In this document: in pieces, positions 1 through 38,374 of the stretch
How positions within the stretch are numbered: position 1 is the stretch's first letter
Layout of the letters: each line of letters opens with the position of its first letter
Source of the DNA: Bugula neritina
Lineage: Eukaryota; Animalia; Bryozoa
Reading direction: 5' to 3'
Length of the DNA stretch: 64,000 bases
Assembly (NCBI GenBank): GCA_964035545.1
Contig: OZ037765.1
Span: forward strand, 25,295,504 to 25,359,503
Notes under the pieces: generated by a model
Databases searched by the model: none
What the model saw: only the letters and a program-made list of their open reading frames with translations
What the model was told of the DNA's origin: nothing
Program-made: the position numbers and the translations under genes

Positions 1-833
1 ATAAGGGTATGTGCAATATTTATATAAATTATTCACACAACACCTGTAGAGTGTTTGCATTGAATCAAGCCTAGCTTTGGTAAATAAAATAATAATATAT
101 ATGTATATATCCCAGGTTGATCTCAGATTTTGAGTTGCATGCATTTATTGAAACAGTTTTTAAAGTCCCATGGTTTGGTGAACCAACATGATAATATCAC
201 ACCATATAAAGCTTATACTCTTTCGAGTTAATCTGTCAAACTAGAACCTCGTTTAGCTATGAGCTAGATTAGGTTTACTGGCAGCCCACAATAACTCTTA
301 CCTGGCTGATGACTCATTTCAGCTAAGATTATAGAAAAATAAACAAACTCCCACACTGAGTACAAGGGAGCACAATTTCCTATTATTTTGCAAATATATT
401 GGAAGCTGGTACTTTGAAATAAAAAATTTAACAGATTTATTATTTAAGCTTTAGCATGCTTATTTTAATAAGTTATACTGGTATATCATTGATAAAGACT
501 AATTACAAAACAGGGATCACTTATAATATGGCTTATATAGGTTTTGAAACTGGAAATAATAACAGTCATTCTTAACACATCATTTCAATACATAAAAATT
601 TCATGCAATCATGTTAAAACTGCTTCCTAAATACTAATTATATAGATTTATGTATGTCAGCCATCAACTAGGCATTTAATACATGTTGTATTGTATTCTT
701 AGTTAAGACTGGGTGTTGCATTGTGAAAATATCCTCATAAAAAATATGTCTGAAAAATATGAATATATATAGTAAAATAATGAGAATACTACTTCTATAT
801 AAATACAAATTTATACCCATATGTTGTTTAGGT

Positions 834-1158
834 CAAGGGTGTCCAACCTTTTCAGAGTAAGGGCCACTGGAAAGGAATATTTCGGTGGTGAGGGACACAT
901 TGTAAACTTTAGCTTGCACGGTATCAGTATTTTTCAAATTATTTTATTCCAAATTCCTACGAATCCTTACATAATAAAGTCCCAATATCTAATGCAGGCT
1001 ACATGTTTTGTAGCATAATATGTATAAATAAGATATTTAAAAGGTGGTTTTTCACTTTAATTCATCATTAATTCATGTATACTACAAAAAATATTTTCAG
1101 TTTTATGCCTTTGAGGACCACATAAATGTAGGCTGGGGAGGGGGCATATTCTGCCGTG
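834..1158. mobile_element. Degenerate hAT-like MITE remnant
   Basis: Left end CAAGGGTGTCCAACCTTTT...AGGGCCA resembles the left end of the MITE at 23130. Near-identical 8-bp flanks GTTTAGGT / CTTTAGGT. Right TIR not recognisable. Confidence 0.35.
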
Positions 1159-2341
1159 CTTTAGGTGATATTATGTAATAGACTATGAAAGCAGGCAACT
1201 CCTAAAACAAAAGGGCTACTTTGTTGTGACGTCATGTGATATTAAGATTGAAAGTAATAGACAAGAAATCTAAATAGACTTACATTTATTTTTCATCTGC
1301 TAAAGGATGAAAATTAGCAAATTTAGAAAAGTTTTCACTTCTACATTACTATAATTGCTGAGTAACTACGAGTGTATAACATTTGCTGAATCACTGACTA
1401 TATGATATAATTAATTTAATCAGTTTTAGCAAGACATTTTGTACAGATTGTTCATAAAACCTTGCTAAAATTTAATCTCTTAATTAACTAATTTGTCACT
1501 TTGAAAATTTTAAATTTTTTTGTTAACTATTTGTAATATCAACTCAAAAGTATACAAAATTCTGTACCCAATTCACATATAGTCGTAATATCTGCTGCAT
1601 CTACAATCTATACTAACAACCTAAGTCAGAACTATATTAATATATGCAATTATAGCACCTACTGTAAAGACAAAACTGGTCCAATTATTAAACTCTGTAC
1701 TTTCCCTGAAAGCGACTAGCATGGCAGTGAATCATAACTTACCTGTTACTAGCTACAGGTGAAGGCTTTTAATTAACAAAAATATACAGTTGCCACTTTA
1801 GCATTCCGCTAAGGGACTAGCCTGCTGTGAATTGTAACAGCTGAATGGTAACCTGCTTTAATAGCAACCTAATTTCACTATTGTTTGCACAGCATCTAAT
1901 CACAACCAACTAAACAATGGCTGGGCCCAAAACAATGCTACTGAATTAATACAAGTTTAATAAAGTGATGGTGAAAATTTGATTTGGCACTATACAGAGT
2001 GTGTCACAAACACAAAAGCCGTATTAAAAACTTGCACTTGGGAACTGTTAGGGCAACAAAATAACTGAATATTTTCAAATAAAGAAAGACCACAATCTCA
2101 GGTAGGCAAACACAGTAAACACACCGCAGTTATGATAGAATATAGGAGACTTCATCTTTTCATCTCACTGTATCAACAAATATCTAATAAAATATTATTT
2201 AGTCAACTTTTGCAACAATGGAATCAAATTATGTTAAACATGGGAAAGAATAATTGTGTATCTACAAGTGGTCTGTGTAGTTAAATGACACTGTAGTATT
2301 ATTTTACTGGTATTGTTATGGTGACCTCGTCAAAATTAGAC

Positions 2342-2342
<1 letters not shown>

Positions 2343-2378
<36 letters not shown>
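2343..2378. repeat. (TG)n microsatellite
   Basis: About 18 perfect TG units. Confidence 0.95.
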
Positions 2379-2383
<5 letters not shown>

Positions 2384-5300
2384 TTGAGTAATTATTAGAG
2401 AAAAGTGAAATATAAAATATTTTATCAAACTAGTCAAATTTACTTTTATAGGCCATCTACTACTAATAGTTTTATACATTTATATATAATATAGAAAATA
2501 TTAGCATTGGATACACATAGATTATATTGGTGCTGACATTATATAAGGGGATATTCTCGTTATGCAACATATGTCCAGAATAATAATATCATATGCAAAT
2601 GAGTCGCATTAGCATTATTCCCATTTGTCATACAAATAAAATCTAAATTTATATTTTAGTTAAGTACTAGCTAAACGACTAGTACAACAGTTATAGTTAG
2701 CAGAGATAATCCTTGCAGATGACAACGTAAAATATAATGAATTATACAGCTCACTATATAAAGCTAGTATTTATACATATTTTAGAGGCTCAGCACAATA
2801 CTAATTGGCGTTTAGATGCAGCAGTGGAGAAATTCTGGTTTGAGAAAGGGTTTAAATTCTTGAGAGAGCATAACTTCTCATCTCACTTACAGAATATTCT
2901 CAATTTTTCCGTTACTGCATCTACTTCCTGAACAGGTAGTGCATAGCCCAACAGCACTCAAAACCAGAGGGCATAAATCCAATAGAAGAAATACTCCAAA
3001 GACAGGGTCAACAGATAGTCTGTTTTGTAACCTATTTTTTGAATAATAAAAATGAAAAAATTTGTCTAGGAGCAGAAAGTAGTTGTGGTTCACCATTTTT
3101 TTTTGAAAAAATCCTGTCTGTTAGTATTGTCCATGACAAGCACCAGTCCAAAATAGAATAGCTTCAAATCACATGGCTTTGTGTAACTCAAGTTGTATTT
3201 TTGACCAATTAATGCTAAACTCTCAGTACTAGCTAGACTGGTGCTCACTTTACAACGTTGCGATCAAGGTTCAAATCCCAGCTTCCATCCTCCCCATTTT
3301 TAGAACTGGCATAATGCATCAAGTACTGAAGCACATCACAAACTATTGATATTCACTTCTATAACATAATTGTGTATTCATGATAGTTTTATTTCTTATA
3401 GCTCGGGTTTCTAACATTTTAGTAGTCATTATTGGGGAAGGTTAAGCGAATAATGAATACAACAATTATGTGCTTTTAAATTTGAGGGAAAGGAAATATT
3501 TATAACACTGGCTAACAAATACCTCTTCAAAACACCAGTTGTCGAAATCTAGAGTTCATAGCAACCCTTGACAGACACCAACTCACAGACTAGTCAATCA
3601 ACTCTTCAACATTATGAAGGAGAAAGAGAAGAGAATTTACTTCATCCTGTTCTTAACTTGTAATCCACTATTACCAGTCATTAAACAAATATAAACTTGT
3701 AAGTATTATTACTGTGGAGATATAATATTATAGAGTGGTGGTCCGTGTGAAACATAATAGTATTAGTATACTGTTGATACTATGTATTATGTGAGTGCAA
3801 AATCCCTGTAAGCTTTGAATATGTTCTGATGAAGTAGTGATTGACAACATAATCTGCAATGTACACCACCATTCTACTATTTCAAACATTCCTTTACACA
3901 AAGTGACCAAAGCCTACATTCAATCTTCTACTCACTAGCAACTTTTACTTTCACATGCTTCAAGATTGGGAAATTTATTATGCCAGATTATTTTAAATAC
4001 TTATTTGGTATGTGATTATTACGCCTTTAGTAATACAATAACATATAGCAAACATAACTATAGTGCACTGTGGAAGAAGATGACAACTTCAAATCAATTC
4101 AATATAAATGAAATAGGAGTAAGTAAATACTATATTGTTTTGTACTAAGAAAGCAAAACTTGTTACTTTTGTATTACATGCAAAAAACCATGACACTGGC
4201 AACAAAATAATTTTAAAATCTTCATTAAAGATGCTTAGATAGAATAAAACCACTGACCACTATGTTTACAAAATATGAAAGCTATATTGCAAGTAAAAAA
4301 TTTCTTTAAATATACCAAAAGTGCACGTTATAAGTTCAATTTTGGAAATACATTGCTCTAATAAGATGTTAGAATGCTGTATTGCAGCCATACATTAATA
4401 AACCTTAAGGCTGTGTGGTCTTGAACTACCCTAGGATAGCAAAGTATGACAGAGTAAGAGCATTAGGCGATACATCAGCTATCGAACCTATCCATATATC
4501 CTAACCATTGAGATTCTATATTATAAAAAGCTATCAACTCTCGCTTACAAATATGCTATTGCAGCAACTAATTGATCTTCACACAAAACAAAACTTTGCA
4601 AACAGGAAATAATATTGATTTCAATGAGTTGGTTGTTTGTTTAAACAGCAGGATGTTATTTTAAATAAAAGAAATTGTAGCAAACAGGTAATTATTATTT
4701 TATATTCGTTCTCTTATTTCTGCAATAGAAGCTAGCAGTTTTAATAGTTTCAGTATGACAATAAAGTGGTCCATATATTGATACTTTATCACAGAACCTG
4801 CTAGAATTCCTATCATGCATGTTATTATATTCATAAGTAAAGCAAAGACCACATGTTATAGCTTGTAGCAGTGATAACTAAGCAAATGGTCGCTATTATA
4901 GAAGCCATTGATCTGGCTGACAGATCAATCTATACAGCGTATCATTAGATCACATGAGATGGTGATCTCTAGTGGACATGTCTACCATTTATCACAGTGT
5001 GGGATTATGGTACACGTGCACATGGACAGTTGGTTCTAATAATATGCTAGTTCACTGTAATTTTAACAACATAATAATATTGTAAGAATAGTAATTTATA
5101 TCTAGAATGTTCTATACCCAAGTAAACCATTAATTGCCTACTTCAACCTCACTCTTCTGACATAATGTTATCCATATGACGTTTTCTTGCACAAAACTTC
5201 AAGTCCATCTATTGTACAGTTCAACTGATGCTTGGCAGTCAGTCTCTTAGCTTTGCTTCTACTGCCTTAATAATATTGTGTGATACTCTAGTACTTGGAA

Positions 5301-5520
5301 TTTCTTGACTGAGTCAACTTGCTTAAGTGATGGACTGGAAAATTTTGATACATTTGCTACAAGCCTTCAAAATATTAAGTCAACTTGCCTATAATTTCAT
5401 TTTTAGCATTCAAAACAAGCTTCGAGTTAATTTCTTAGTCTTAATGGCTTCAAAGGGTTTGAGGAAACATTTCAGAAACAAACTTTAGTTTCAAAGTTAT
5501 TAGAGAGATTACACGGTTAT

Positions 5521-5622
5521 TGTGTTTGTGTGTGTTTGTGTGTGCTTGTGTGTGTTTGTGTGTGTTTGTATGTGTTTGTGTGTGTTTGTGTGTGTTTGTG
5601 TGTGTTTGTGTGTGTGCGTGTG
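5521..5622. repeat. 10-bp-period TG-rich tandem repeat (TGTGTTTGTG)n
   Basis: About 10 units visible; accounts for the spurious ORFs 5450-5665 and 5522-5746. Confidence 0.9.
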
Positions 5623-8600
5623 TATTGCTTTGGACATATTGACAATCCAGTTTAATCTGTTTCATATTGTTACAGAGTTAACCACCTGTATCAAACACCT
5701 GGCCGGTCTATTACCTTTACCAATATTTCACATAACAAAGAGATGATTCTTATTATTTAAAAATGATTTTAGAAAATTGTAATTTCATGTATTTCCTACA
5801 AAAATTTAGATAAGTTGGCATCTGATATCTCAAGCCTTCCGAACCAAATTAAAAACCAATTATACAAAACTTTTTCAATATTCTATTAGTTTTATGTCTA
5901 AATGTTGGTGCATCATGACAAAATAGAAAACATCATTCTTATAACATAACAATTAGTGGGAGTAGTGAAGTGCACAGAGCTTAGCATGCATGGACTCTTA
6001 CAGCAACATAAAAAAAGAGAACACAACTCTGAATATTGGCCTGCTTCAATAGTGTAAAAGCTATAACTATTTCTTAGAAATTTAAAAGCCCCTGCAAGCT
6101 ACATGTAAAGCTCTTAAAGGCAGACATAAAAATAAATTAAAAAAGTCCAATATACTGTGAAGCTGATCAATTTGTATCAAATATCATTTACTGTATTGTA
6201 TATTCAATTACAAACTTAATTTCCTAATTGATTACAAAACGTGGAAATTTTTGTATAAGAATAAGACTTTAGTAAAACTTGAAGACAGGCATTGAACTGG
6301 TAGTAATCATTTTAGTCACCACTCAAGATAAATAATGCAGCTTAGTCATGAGCTGCAAATCCCAAAGGGCACTGAATATAGTGAATATTCAACACGAGGC
6401 TGCATATCCCACTGACATACATAAATACACACAATCTATAGTATATTGAAATGATAGAATAAGTGATGAGTACAAGTAATGAGCTACAGTTTGCCGGCAG
6501 CGCTAGATGCTGCCAGTAAAATCCCAAAGGTTGACTAATGATTCTATGCTACAGACGTTAGACAAACATGCATACTAAATAGTAAATCGCTGAAAGCATT
6601 TTATGGTTTGATGGTAACATTTTTACCATGTCTCCGGAACTAGTAGAACTTTTCTATTAACATGTTTAGTATAACTAAATACTGCAATCAAATAATGTTT
6701 GTTAGATAAGTTAAAAACATATAAATACCATATATTTGTTATTCTACTTATCACTGAAGGCACAAAATTGCAAATAGAAAATGCTTTTTGCAAAATGCAT
6801 TACAATCTTATCACATATTTAACCAGAACTATATTTGAAGGTTAACTACTGTGCAATAAGTATCTATTGCTTGTTTAATTGTTATTGTTTTTTAAATTTT
6901 AGAGCATATTATTTATGATGAAGAATTTCCTATTCCTACTATAAGCTCAGGTATACCGAGGAGACAGCCTTTAGAGCTTGTGTGAACATGCATGGATTAT
7001 ACAACAATAGTTTTATAGCTGACATTAGTATTGACTATTCTGCACATTTCTAACGTATGCGTAAATTAATACTAATTTTCTAATACACTTTACAGCAGAA
7101 TATTGTAATTTGCTTTACGTGAAATCTTGCCCATAATAAATATAGATTTATTATTCAAGTTTAGAATGCAATTATAATGTAAAAGCTGTCTGAAGAGGCA
7201 GCAAACATAAGCAGAGAAGCTCACAGTATTATGCAGAACAAGTATTACATACACAAATAATTACCCTGCTGGTAAATGATCAATTTAGCAAAGGACAGCT
7301 TTTATATAGTTAGCTCATCAACTCAGAATTCATGTATAGAGTAGTGTATACTAAATATAGCATGTACTATAGATTGAATAGACATTGATTTTACACAAGA
7401 TATGAGATTGTTTGTCATTCCACGCAAAGCTAAGACTAAACCATGCCAACCGGCTGTCAATCTGCCAAAACAATTCTGAAGCTCACAAAAAGCAATCCTG
7501 ATCTGAAGATAAATCATGTCTCCAGAACTTCTAACTTCTCAGGAAATACGAATGGATGAGAAAGTATTGGATGGAATATCTTTGGTACTGAGCAGGTTGT
7601 TCTAGCAACAAGGCTACTTAAACTACTTCTGCTATAATAATATGGCTTATATTTTCACATCTTGACATGTTTTGGACCACCTCTATAATTAATTTGATGC
7701 ATAGTGCAAAGTGTTTACATGTTTTCGAGGGATAAAGTGACCAAAGGCCATCAGATAAATCTTGTTCATCTAGTGAAAAAATATGGTTCTTAACTAGAAA
7801 TAAGCTGTATTTCCATAAGCAGTGCGAAGTAATTAAGAAATTCAGGGTTTTTTGGTGATCTTGGTTACCAGATGTAAGTCCAACTGTTTCAGTTTTGGCT
7901 AATGGAGTAATTTACCACTATCTGTACAACTTTGCGAACCTGGTCTTCTTATAAGATATTCTGCAGATTACCAAGAATTTAGGCTTAGGATTAATTTGGA
8001 TCAATTGAAAGCCAGTTGAAAATCCTAATAAAATCTAGTATAAAATATGCAACAGAAAGTAAAAAGCAAAGATTATAATAGCAATCAACAATTAAAATGT
8101 AGAATTTTGATGATATGCACAGAGTACCTGGTATCAGTAATATAAAAGTTGATTAATCATTAGTCTTTGCTGTTAGATGGTTTGCTCATAGAATTCAGGG
8201 TAAAGCAGAGAATACATTTGCATGGAAATACAAGTTGCAATAACTTCTAACTTTATATTCAGCCTTCTACATTCACTCCTTCAATATTCTACAGCCCTCA
8301 GCATAGACATGCATTAGCTCTCTTTCTGTATATCAGCTATGCTATGCATATAAATTAAACTGATGCCTAACAGCTGAACTATAAACAATAGCAAAAACTA
8401 ACTTCTCACAACTATGTCGGGCACCTAATTAAGCTCCCCCAGCATTTCGCACTCAAGTTTGACAGTTAAACATATTGCTTTGAAAATCTTTAGCAAGTAT
8501 ATTGACATTACATGATTAAAAACGACTCCGGTATATCAAATTTTGTTAAAACTGAAGTGCTTGAATATTGAAACCTGTAAACAATAAGATTATATAGTAG

Positions 8601-10449
8601 TTGTGGAGCTTTGGCGTACCTTAGTTTTATATAGGGCAAGAGTATATCAGTTTAAGTCTGTAAGAAGTAATGACTCTAGAAATATTATTACCATGATACC
8701 ATTGATGCGTGACACAATTTATCATGTGTGTGGTAAAACATCAACCGAGAGGTAACAGTATTGGTAAGCAACTAGTAGACGCATGCACCATGGTATGGAA
8801 GATGATTGAATCAACTTGCCTCATAATCTGGATACAATGTAAAAATCTATTAATTCAATTGAAATTAAAATCTTTAACTATGGTAATTGTTTTCTAGGTT
8901 TTCCGCTTATTAGGAACATATCAGATGAGTGTTAAATGCCTGGCATGCAGCCGATAGCTCTATCATTTAGACAGAAAGCTCTCTTGCTCTGCTTACAGCG
9001 CATCAGTTTATGCAACAACCCTAGCCGGCTTAGACTTTCTAGTTGAATAGACTTTCTAGCCGGGCTTTGCATTGTGACAGTGTCACTTTAGAAACCTAAT
9101 AGCCATATCATGATCTGCAATTAAACTATAAACGTGTAATGAGAATGGCTGCTTGCTAGTCACGCTACAGTGAGATGTCAATAATTAACAAAAACTGATA
9201 GCAAGATACCTGAAAAAACTATTTATTACAAGCATAATCTTCATTTTAAACTTAACCAATGATGGTTAATAACTTGTTGGCACAAATAAAATGCTCAGAA
9301 AACAAACTAAAAGAGAAAAGGATAAACTAGCCAGAACTACTTTATGTTTTATATGCATGCAGTAAAATGCAGCATAATATCATACATATAGCTATTATGT
9401 AATAATATTGTGCTGATAAATGTTTTCAAAAAAGGCAGACAACAATAAGTCTACAATAAATAAATAAATAATGTGCTTTATATATAAATAGCACTTAATT
9501 AGGTGATCTATTTTTATAGAGTAACTTTAGTGTAATATTGTAAAACATAAGTTAGCAGCTGAATCTACTTTTGTGCAGCTTGGTCTGTGGTTGAAAAACT
9601 GGCTTACAAAAGAGCTTATTAGTACAATATATTTAGGGGAACATAATTTTGGTGTTGTACACTAGTGGACATTGAAATTGTAAGGCAAGCATTTTTTCAC
9701 ACATTTACATAAAATATATACATTTAATTGAATAATTATTGAGTTTTTGCGAATTAATTAAATTCAAATTGGAAGTAAGCTGTTACCTGGATGTTGGCTT
9801 ATATAGTTATAGGAAAAACTGTCACCATAAAATTAAATTCATAATTTATACCTGCTAGCTTAGCAGTATAAAAATAATTGTTATTTAACCAAATGGTGTT
9901 GTTGTATTACTGCTAGACAGTTGAGAACATGCATTACATAATATTGCTTTCAATTTATTAAAAAGGGTATGTAGAAACACCCTGCATTGCATCCTCTATT
10001 AAACTATTGCCATTGTGTAGAAAAATACATAAATGTACACTTACCAAATTTTCCTTCAAGTTTTATTATCCACAAAATCAATAACATTTGTTTATACTCA
10101 GCGAAGTTTGTATTCCGAGTATAGAGAAAAAGGTTTACTGTAATGATTACTACAGCTTACCCACGTACACACTGTTGATCATATGGAATTATCCCATTAT
10201 AATACTATGCTTGGCAATGCCCATCAATACAAGCCTGCTCACAAAGATAAATGTATAAGCGCAACAAAAGAAAATAGTACTTTTTATCATTACAAATTTC
10301 AATTAGCAAAAAGAACTTATTGCAATTTAATAACAAAAAAAGTAAAATTTTGTACAATTTTAAAACGGAATATTTACAATTTTGATTTAAATGTGTCTTA
10401 GATCATTATTTTCAAGAAAAATAAGGGAACTTTGATGAATTCATACTCA

Positions 10450-10590
10450 GTTGCTAAGCAAATGTGGGAAGTTGAATAGGCAGTATACGTTAATATAATT
10501 TGCTAAAGTAGTATTAGCACGACCAATCAAAAGCTTCTTACTATATGGTTGCTACACTCCTTGGTAACAAAACAAAGAGGATCATAAACA
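10450..10590 (+). promoter_or_regulatory. Putative TEKT2 promoter with RFX X-box-like and forkhead-like motifs
   Basis: GTTGCTAAGCAAA (10450), CCAAT (10523), GTTGCTAC...CCTTGGTAAC (10548-10568), AAACAAA and TAAACA (about 10570-10590). Followed by a candidate non-coding exon ending AAG|GTATAG near 10694. Confidence 0.5.
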
Positions 10591-11357
10591 GCCGTACTTC
10601 TATATCAGTATATGCATTTCGGTTAGAAGTTCAATAGTTTCTAAATTGCGGAGAAGTGCTAGAAGCAAATTTGAATTTAAGAAAATTCTAAAAGGTATAG
10701 TACTACATCATATTTTTTAAATCTAAAATTGCAATTGTTTAAAATTACTGCAGATAAGTTACTGTTAGTTAAAACAAGTATTTCCACAAGCGATCAGGAT
10801 GGATGCCATTACATTTACTACTAGTCTTAGATTTAAACTAGCATTACACTTACAGTTTACATTCGGCTGGACAATTATGCAATCACTGACTTACATCATT
10901 ATTATTATAATTTATAGTTTAATTCTTACGGCATGGTGATTTTCTAAAACTGTGTCAAAGCAATATTAGAGTGATTGACACGCTCATATTGATTGCCAAA
11001 CGAAGTTGACCGTTTTCGCCACAAGTTTAAACCCGAGATTGCAGGCAATAGATTAACATATCATCTAGACTTTTTCAAAACACTTCTTTTTACATACGCA
11101 CCAAGTTTTAAATTCATACGAAATAAATTAATCACCTGATCATAAAGCTGAGTAATGGGAGACAGCAATTATATAATGAACTTGTTGCTACTATTCAGTG
11201 ACACTAAATTATTATAATATTGCAAATAATTATGTTATTTTATTTAAAACTTATACTTGAAATAAATCTTTAATAAAATCATGCAATTCTGCTCTTCAAG
11301 ACTACATCATAACTCAAAACCTGCCTCAATTGAGAAATAAATCAATTTGTAGCATAG

Positions 11358-13296
11358 ATGGCTTCCCATGTGAAGAATGCTGTAAGATACCAGCCAGCTG
11401 ATTGGTTTACTTCTAACTATACTATATCTACGAATGCTGAACGTCAAAGAGAAGGCTCTTTTCAAACCAGACAAGAGGCAAGATTTCTGAGTAACGAGAC
11501 TGACAGCAAAACCAAGTGGGATCAGTATGACAACAACACCAGACTTGCTGATAGAGTTGATGAAATTAGAAAATGGAAGGAAATATTGGAGAAGAGTTTG
11601 GCTGATTTAGATAAGGAGGTAAAGAATAATATTGGGTTTCCCAGTCGATTAACATCTTATGTTATGTATTGTGAGTGTTTTTATTAGAATTATTAGTCAA
11701 AAGTTTAACTTTTTTGTAGATTGCTGATTTAACAGAAGCTAAAGACCTGACAGAAATATCATTGCAAGAAAAAGAAGTTCCACTAGATGTCTGCATTGAA
11801 AATCTAACCACCAGAGAAGGTCGACAAAGCATTGATCTTGTTCAAGATGAAGTAGAACACCAGCTGCACAAGGTACATTAACATATGTACTATTCTACAT
11901 TGTGGTGAGGCATATAATTATACCAACTTTGAGCTCCAATATAATTCTAATACTTTTTCAACTACAAACTATTTTTATTTTGCTAGGAAATGGAAGTCAT
12001 CAACAAAATTAAAGAAAAACTGCAACAAAAAGTAGATGAGTCATTTGAGCAGTTATGTCTTCTTCAAGAAGCCAGGCAGCAAGTTCTCTTGGACCTGCAA
12101 GATAAGAACATAGCCTTAGGTATTGATATTGACCAATATAATCTGACTGAAAACTCACCTGGTATCAGCTACAAGCCTAACCCGACAAGAGTACCCAAAG
12201 GGTAAGTAATTTTGTAGCCAACAAGTAACAACTTCTACATATGAACCCTGGTGACCACACAGTCAGTCAGTATGTAACATATAAACACATTCGAATATAA
12301 TCTTTTTCCAGGAGCACAACCCCACAACAGTGGGAAGACTTTAGCCGCTACAACAAAGAGCGGGCAGATGCTGAAATGAGATCGTCTACTCGACTGAGGG
12401 AAGCCATTCACCACACTCTCCAAGAATGCGACAATGACTTGGAGGCTCAGAAATTGGGTACAGAATATGCTTTCCGCAAGAGGATTCATGAGACTGAAAG
12501 AGCCAAAAAGGAACTCGAATGGCAAAAAGCTAACGTAAGTGAAAAACACAACTTTATTGCAATTTTAAATATAATGCTAACATTATGAAACTGAATTAAA
12601 TCAGCTTAGTAATAGTGAGAAATTAAATAGCAATATACCAATCATTGATATGAAATAAATGAAGTGGAAAGAATTCCATGCTCAATAAACTAATTAGACA
12701 TTTATATGTAGACGGAAAAGGAGATTGCAGAGATGGAGGAAGACATACGGAATCTCGAACAGAAGATCCGAGACAAGATCAACCCTACTAAGTTGGCTCA
12801 GACAAGACTTGAGAATAGAACTTACAGGCCAAATGTTGAGTTGTGTAGAGACGAGCCACAATACGGCCTGACCGATGAAGTCAAACAGCTGGCTGCGACA
12901 AAAGCAGCTCTTGAAGAGAAACTGCGGCAAGCTCAGTAAGAACGTTTATCATGTTTACAGTGTGAACATTCAACATAAAACCTCTAGATTGATGTACAGC
13001 GAATATAACTTGAAAGAACATAGAGTTATTGTCTAGGTTCATGATAATTTGATAGTACTTATATTGCTTTATATATTGGCATTTTAATTTTTTTTCCTTC
13101 TAGACATGGCTTAGACTGTCTGCAAAAGCAGTTGCAGAGAATCAAGGATGATTTGGACGTCAAGAATAACTCTCTGATGCTCGACAACAGATGTATGGCT
13201 TCCAGAGAGAAGCTAAATGTCCGTCCCAAGACTGCTACTGATAATAACCGAGCGTTAACCGGAATACACCGCGAGAGGTCCATGTATTTAGCTTAA
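11358..13296 (+). CDS. TEKT2: Tektin-2 (tektin B1), 6 coding exons, about 422 aa
   Basis: Exons 11358-11618, 11720-11872, 11987-12201, 12312-12534, 12712-12935, 13104-13296 join in frame (1269 nt) with GT-AG introns. Tektin signature RPNVELCRD. N-terminus RYQPADWFTSNYTISTNAERQR and FEQLCLLQEARQQ match TEKT2. Confidence 0.93.
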
Positions 13297-14265
13297 ATCA
13301 GCTGTCTTCATAAATATGCTTTTAAAAAGGACTTTGATAGAATAAGGGTACCTACAAAGGTAACATATAATTTGCTCAAAAATTGATTTTAGAATGAAGG
13401 AAATAAATGACTAACTCATTTTAAAAGGTTTTGTCATACATATATTAAAAACTACCAATGGACTGTGTAAATAATCTCGTGCATTTAGGTAGTTTAAATT
13501 TGATAATCTATTCCAAAATGAATGGCAGATACTTTATAAACAGTGTAACGCTACAACTGTGCGCCCAGTACGAAGGGCTTGCTATTCAGCAAATAAAATG
13601 AGCTACTGTTATGTTGCGACGATTTTGATGTTTTCTGATACTTTAATGTTACTTTCCACTTTTCATGATTTCCGACATTGTGTTTATTTATTCTGTAGGA
13701 TAACATAATAATATTTATCATAATAATATAAACGAAGTACTAATATATCTATTTGCTTATAAAAAGTAATGCCTTATTGTGGAAATGGTAACTGTGCACC
13801 AAAATATATCATTATTTTCAAAACAACACGATTTAATCATTAACCGATAAACAAAATATTACCAAAACATACAACTAAGAGAGCAATAAGTAGACTAGTA
13901 CTATTTTATAACAACCCAACCAGACATTATTGATGTGGACTATGAGTGACTATAATGGCTTTTTATACCCTTTAGTGATGCTAATCTAATAATCAATGGC
14001 ACAATGATACACCACAGAATTTTTTTTTATATTGAATTAGCAGTTGAAATGTGCTGCACTATCAGATTTAGGGCTAGGACTACATGATGACAATATAATA
14101 TATACAGTATTCTTTGAATACAAAATATATTAATAAACAATAATATACTTCATCATGTACAGCAGTGAGTAAACATGAATATCATGATTCTTTCATTCAC
14201 CAGTTTACCATTTTATGCAGGAAGTTACTATCTTGAAATGAGAGGGCTTAGAAAGTAACTGCCGT

Positions 14266-37590
<23,325 letters not shown>

Positions 37591-37891
37591 TTTTATCTGA
37601 TTCAAATGAGCTTTGGGCGAGCCTTGATTATATTCTTAATTCAATGGTTGCCAACGTTACTCAGTCATCCAGACAATGTTTGTTAACATTCAGAATGAAT
37701 TGACTCAAATTAAATTTTCATGAGATTTTGCAGTTTACCACTGCATTTCTTTAATACTATTCTACAACACAAACACAAAAAATGAGCACACTTTGCAATA
37801 CTAAAACTTAAATAAACAATGAATATGAAAAACTAGAAAACTAGATATTTAATGGGGGATATATTACTAAAAAACAATAAATACTTGCAGC

Positions 37892-38374
37892 CAGGGTTGG
37901 GGTCAATTACATATGAATGTAATTAATTACAATTACATGAGAATTTGTCAATTACAATTATAATTACCGTTAAAATAAATGTAATTAATTACAATTAAAA
38001 TCACATGGCAATGTAATTAATTACAATTACTTATGTTCTCACAAGAGACCAATAGAAGTTATATAATCGCCCTTCTGGGGTGTAACTACCAGGGGCAATT
38101 TTGACAACGGAAAACCTTCTTTGTTCTCAACAGTAACCAATAGGGTGACAACTATGACATGAAATTAATCTAAACTTTTTATTGAACAGTATGCAAGACA
38201 GGAAAGATATGAATTTTATAAGATTTAAAAATTTGAAGTATTTGTTATGTAATTATAAAGTAATTGTAAAATTCAATTACATTAGCAATGTAATTAATTA
38301 CAATTACATTTTTATATATCAATTACTTGAAAAAATGTAATTAATTACAACCAATTACAATTACCCCAACCCTG
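37892..38374. mobile_element. hAT-type MITE (483 bp) with perfect 8-bp TSD
   Basis: Ends CAGGGTTGGGGT... / ...ACCCCAACCCTG. TSD CTTGCAGC at 37884-37891 and 38375-38382. Several subterminal TGTAATTAATTACA palindromes at both ends. Confidence 0.92.

Noticed and set aside
3225-3300. tRNA-like fragment with B-box GGTTCAAATCC
   Set aside because: No cloverleaf can be built and no SINE body is recognisable; probably a decayed SINE head.
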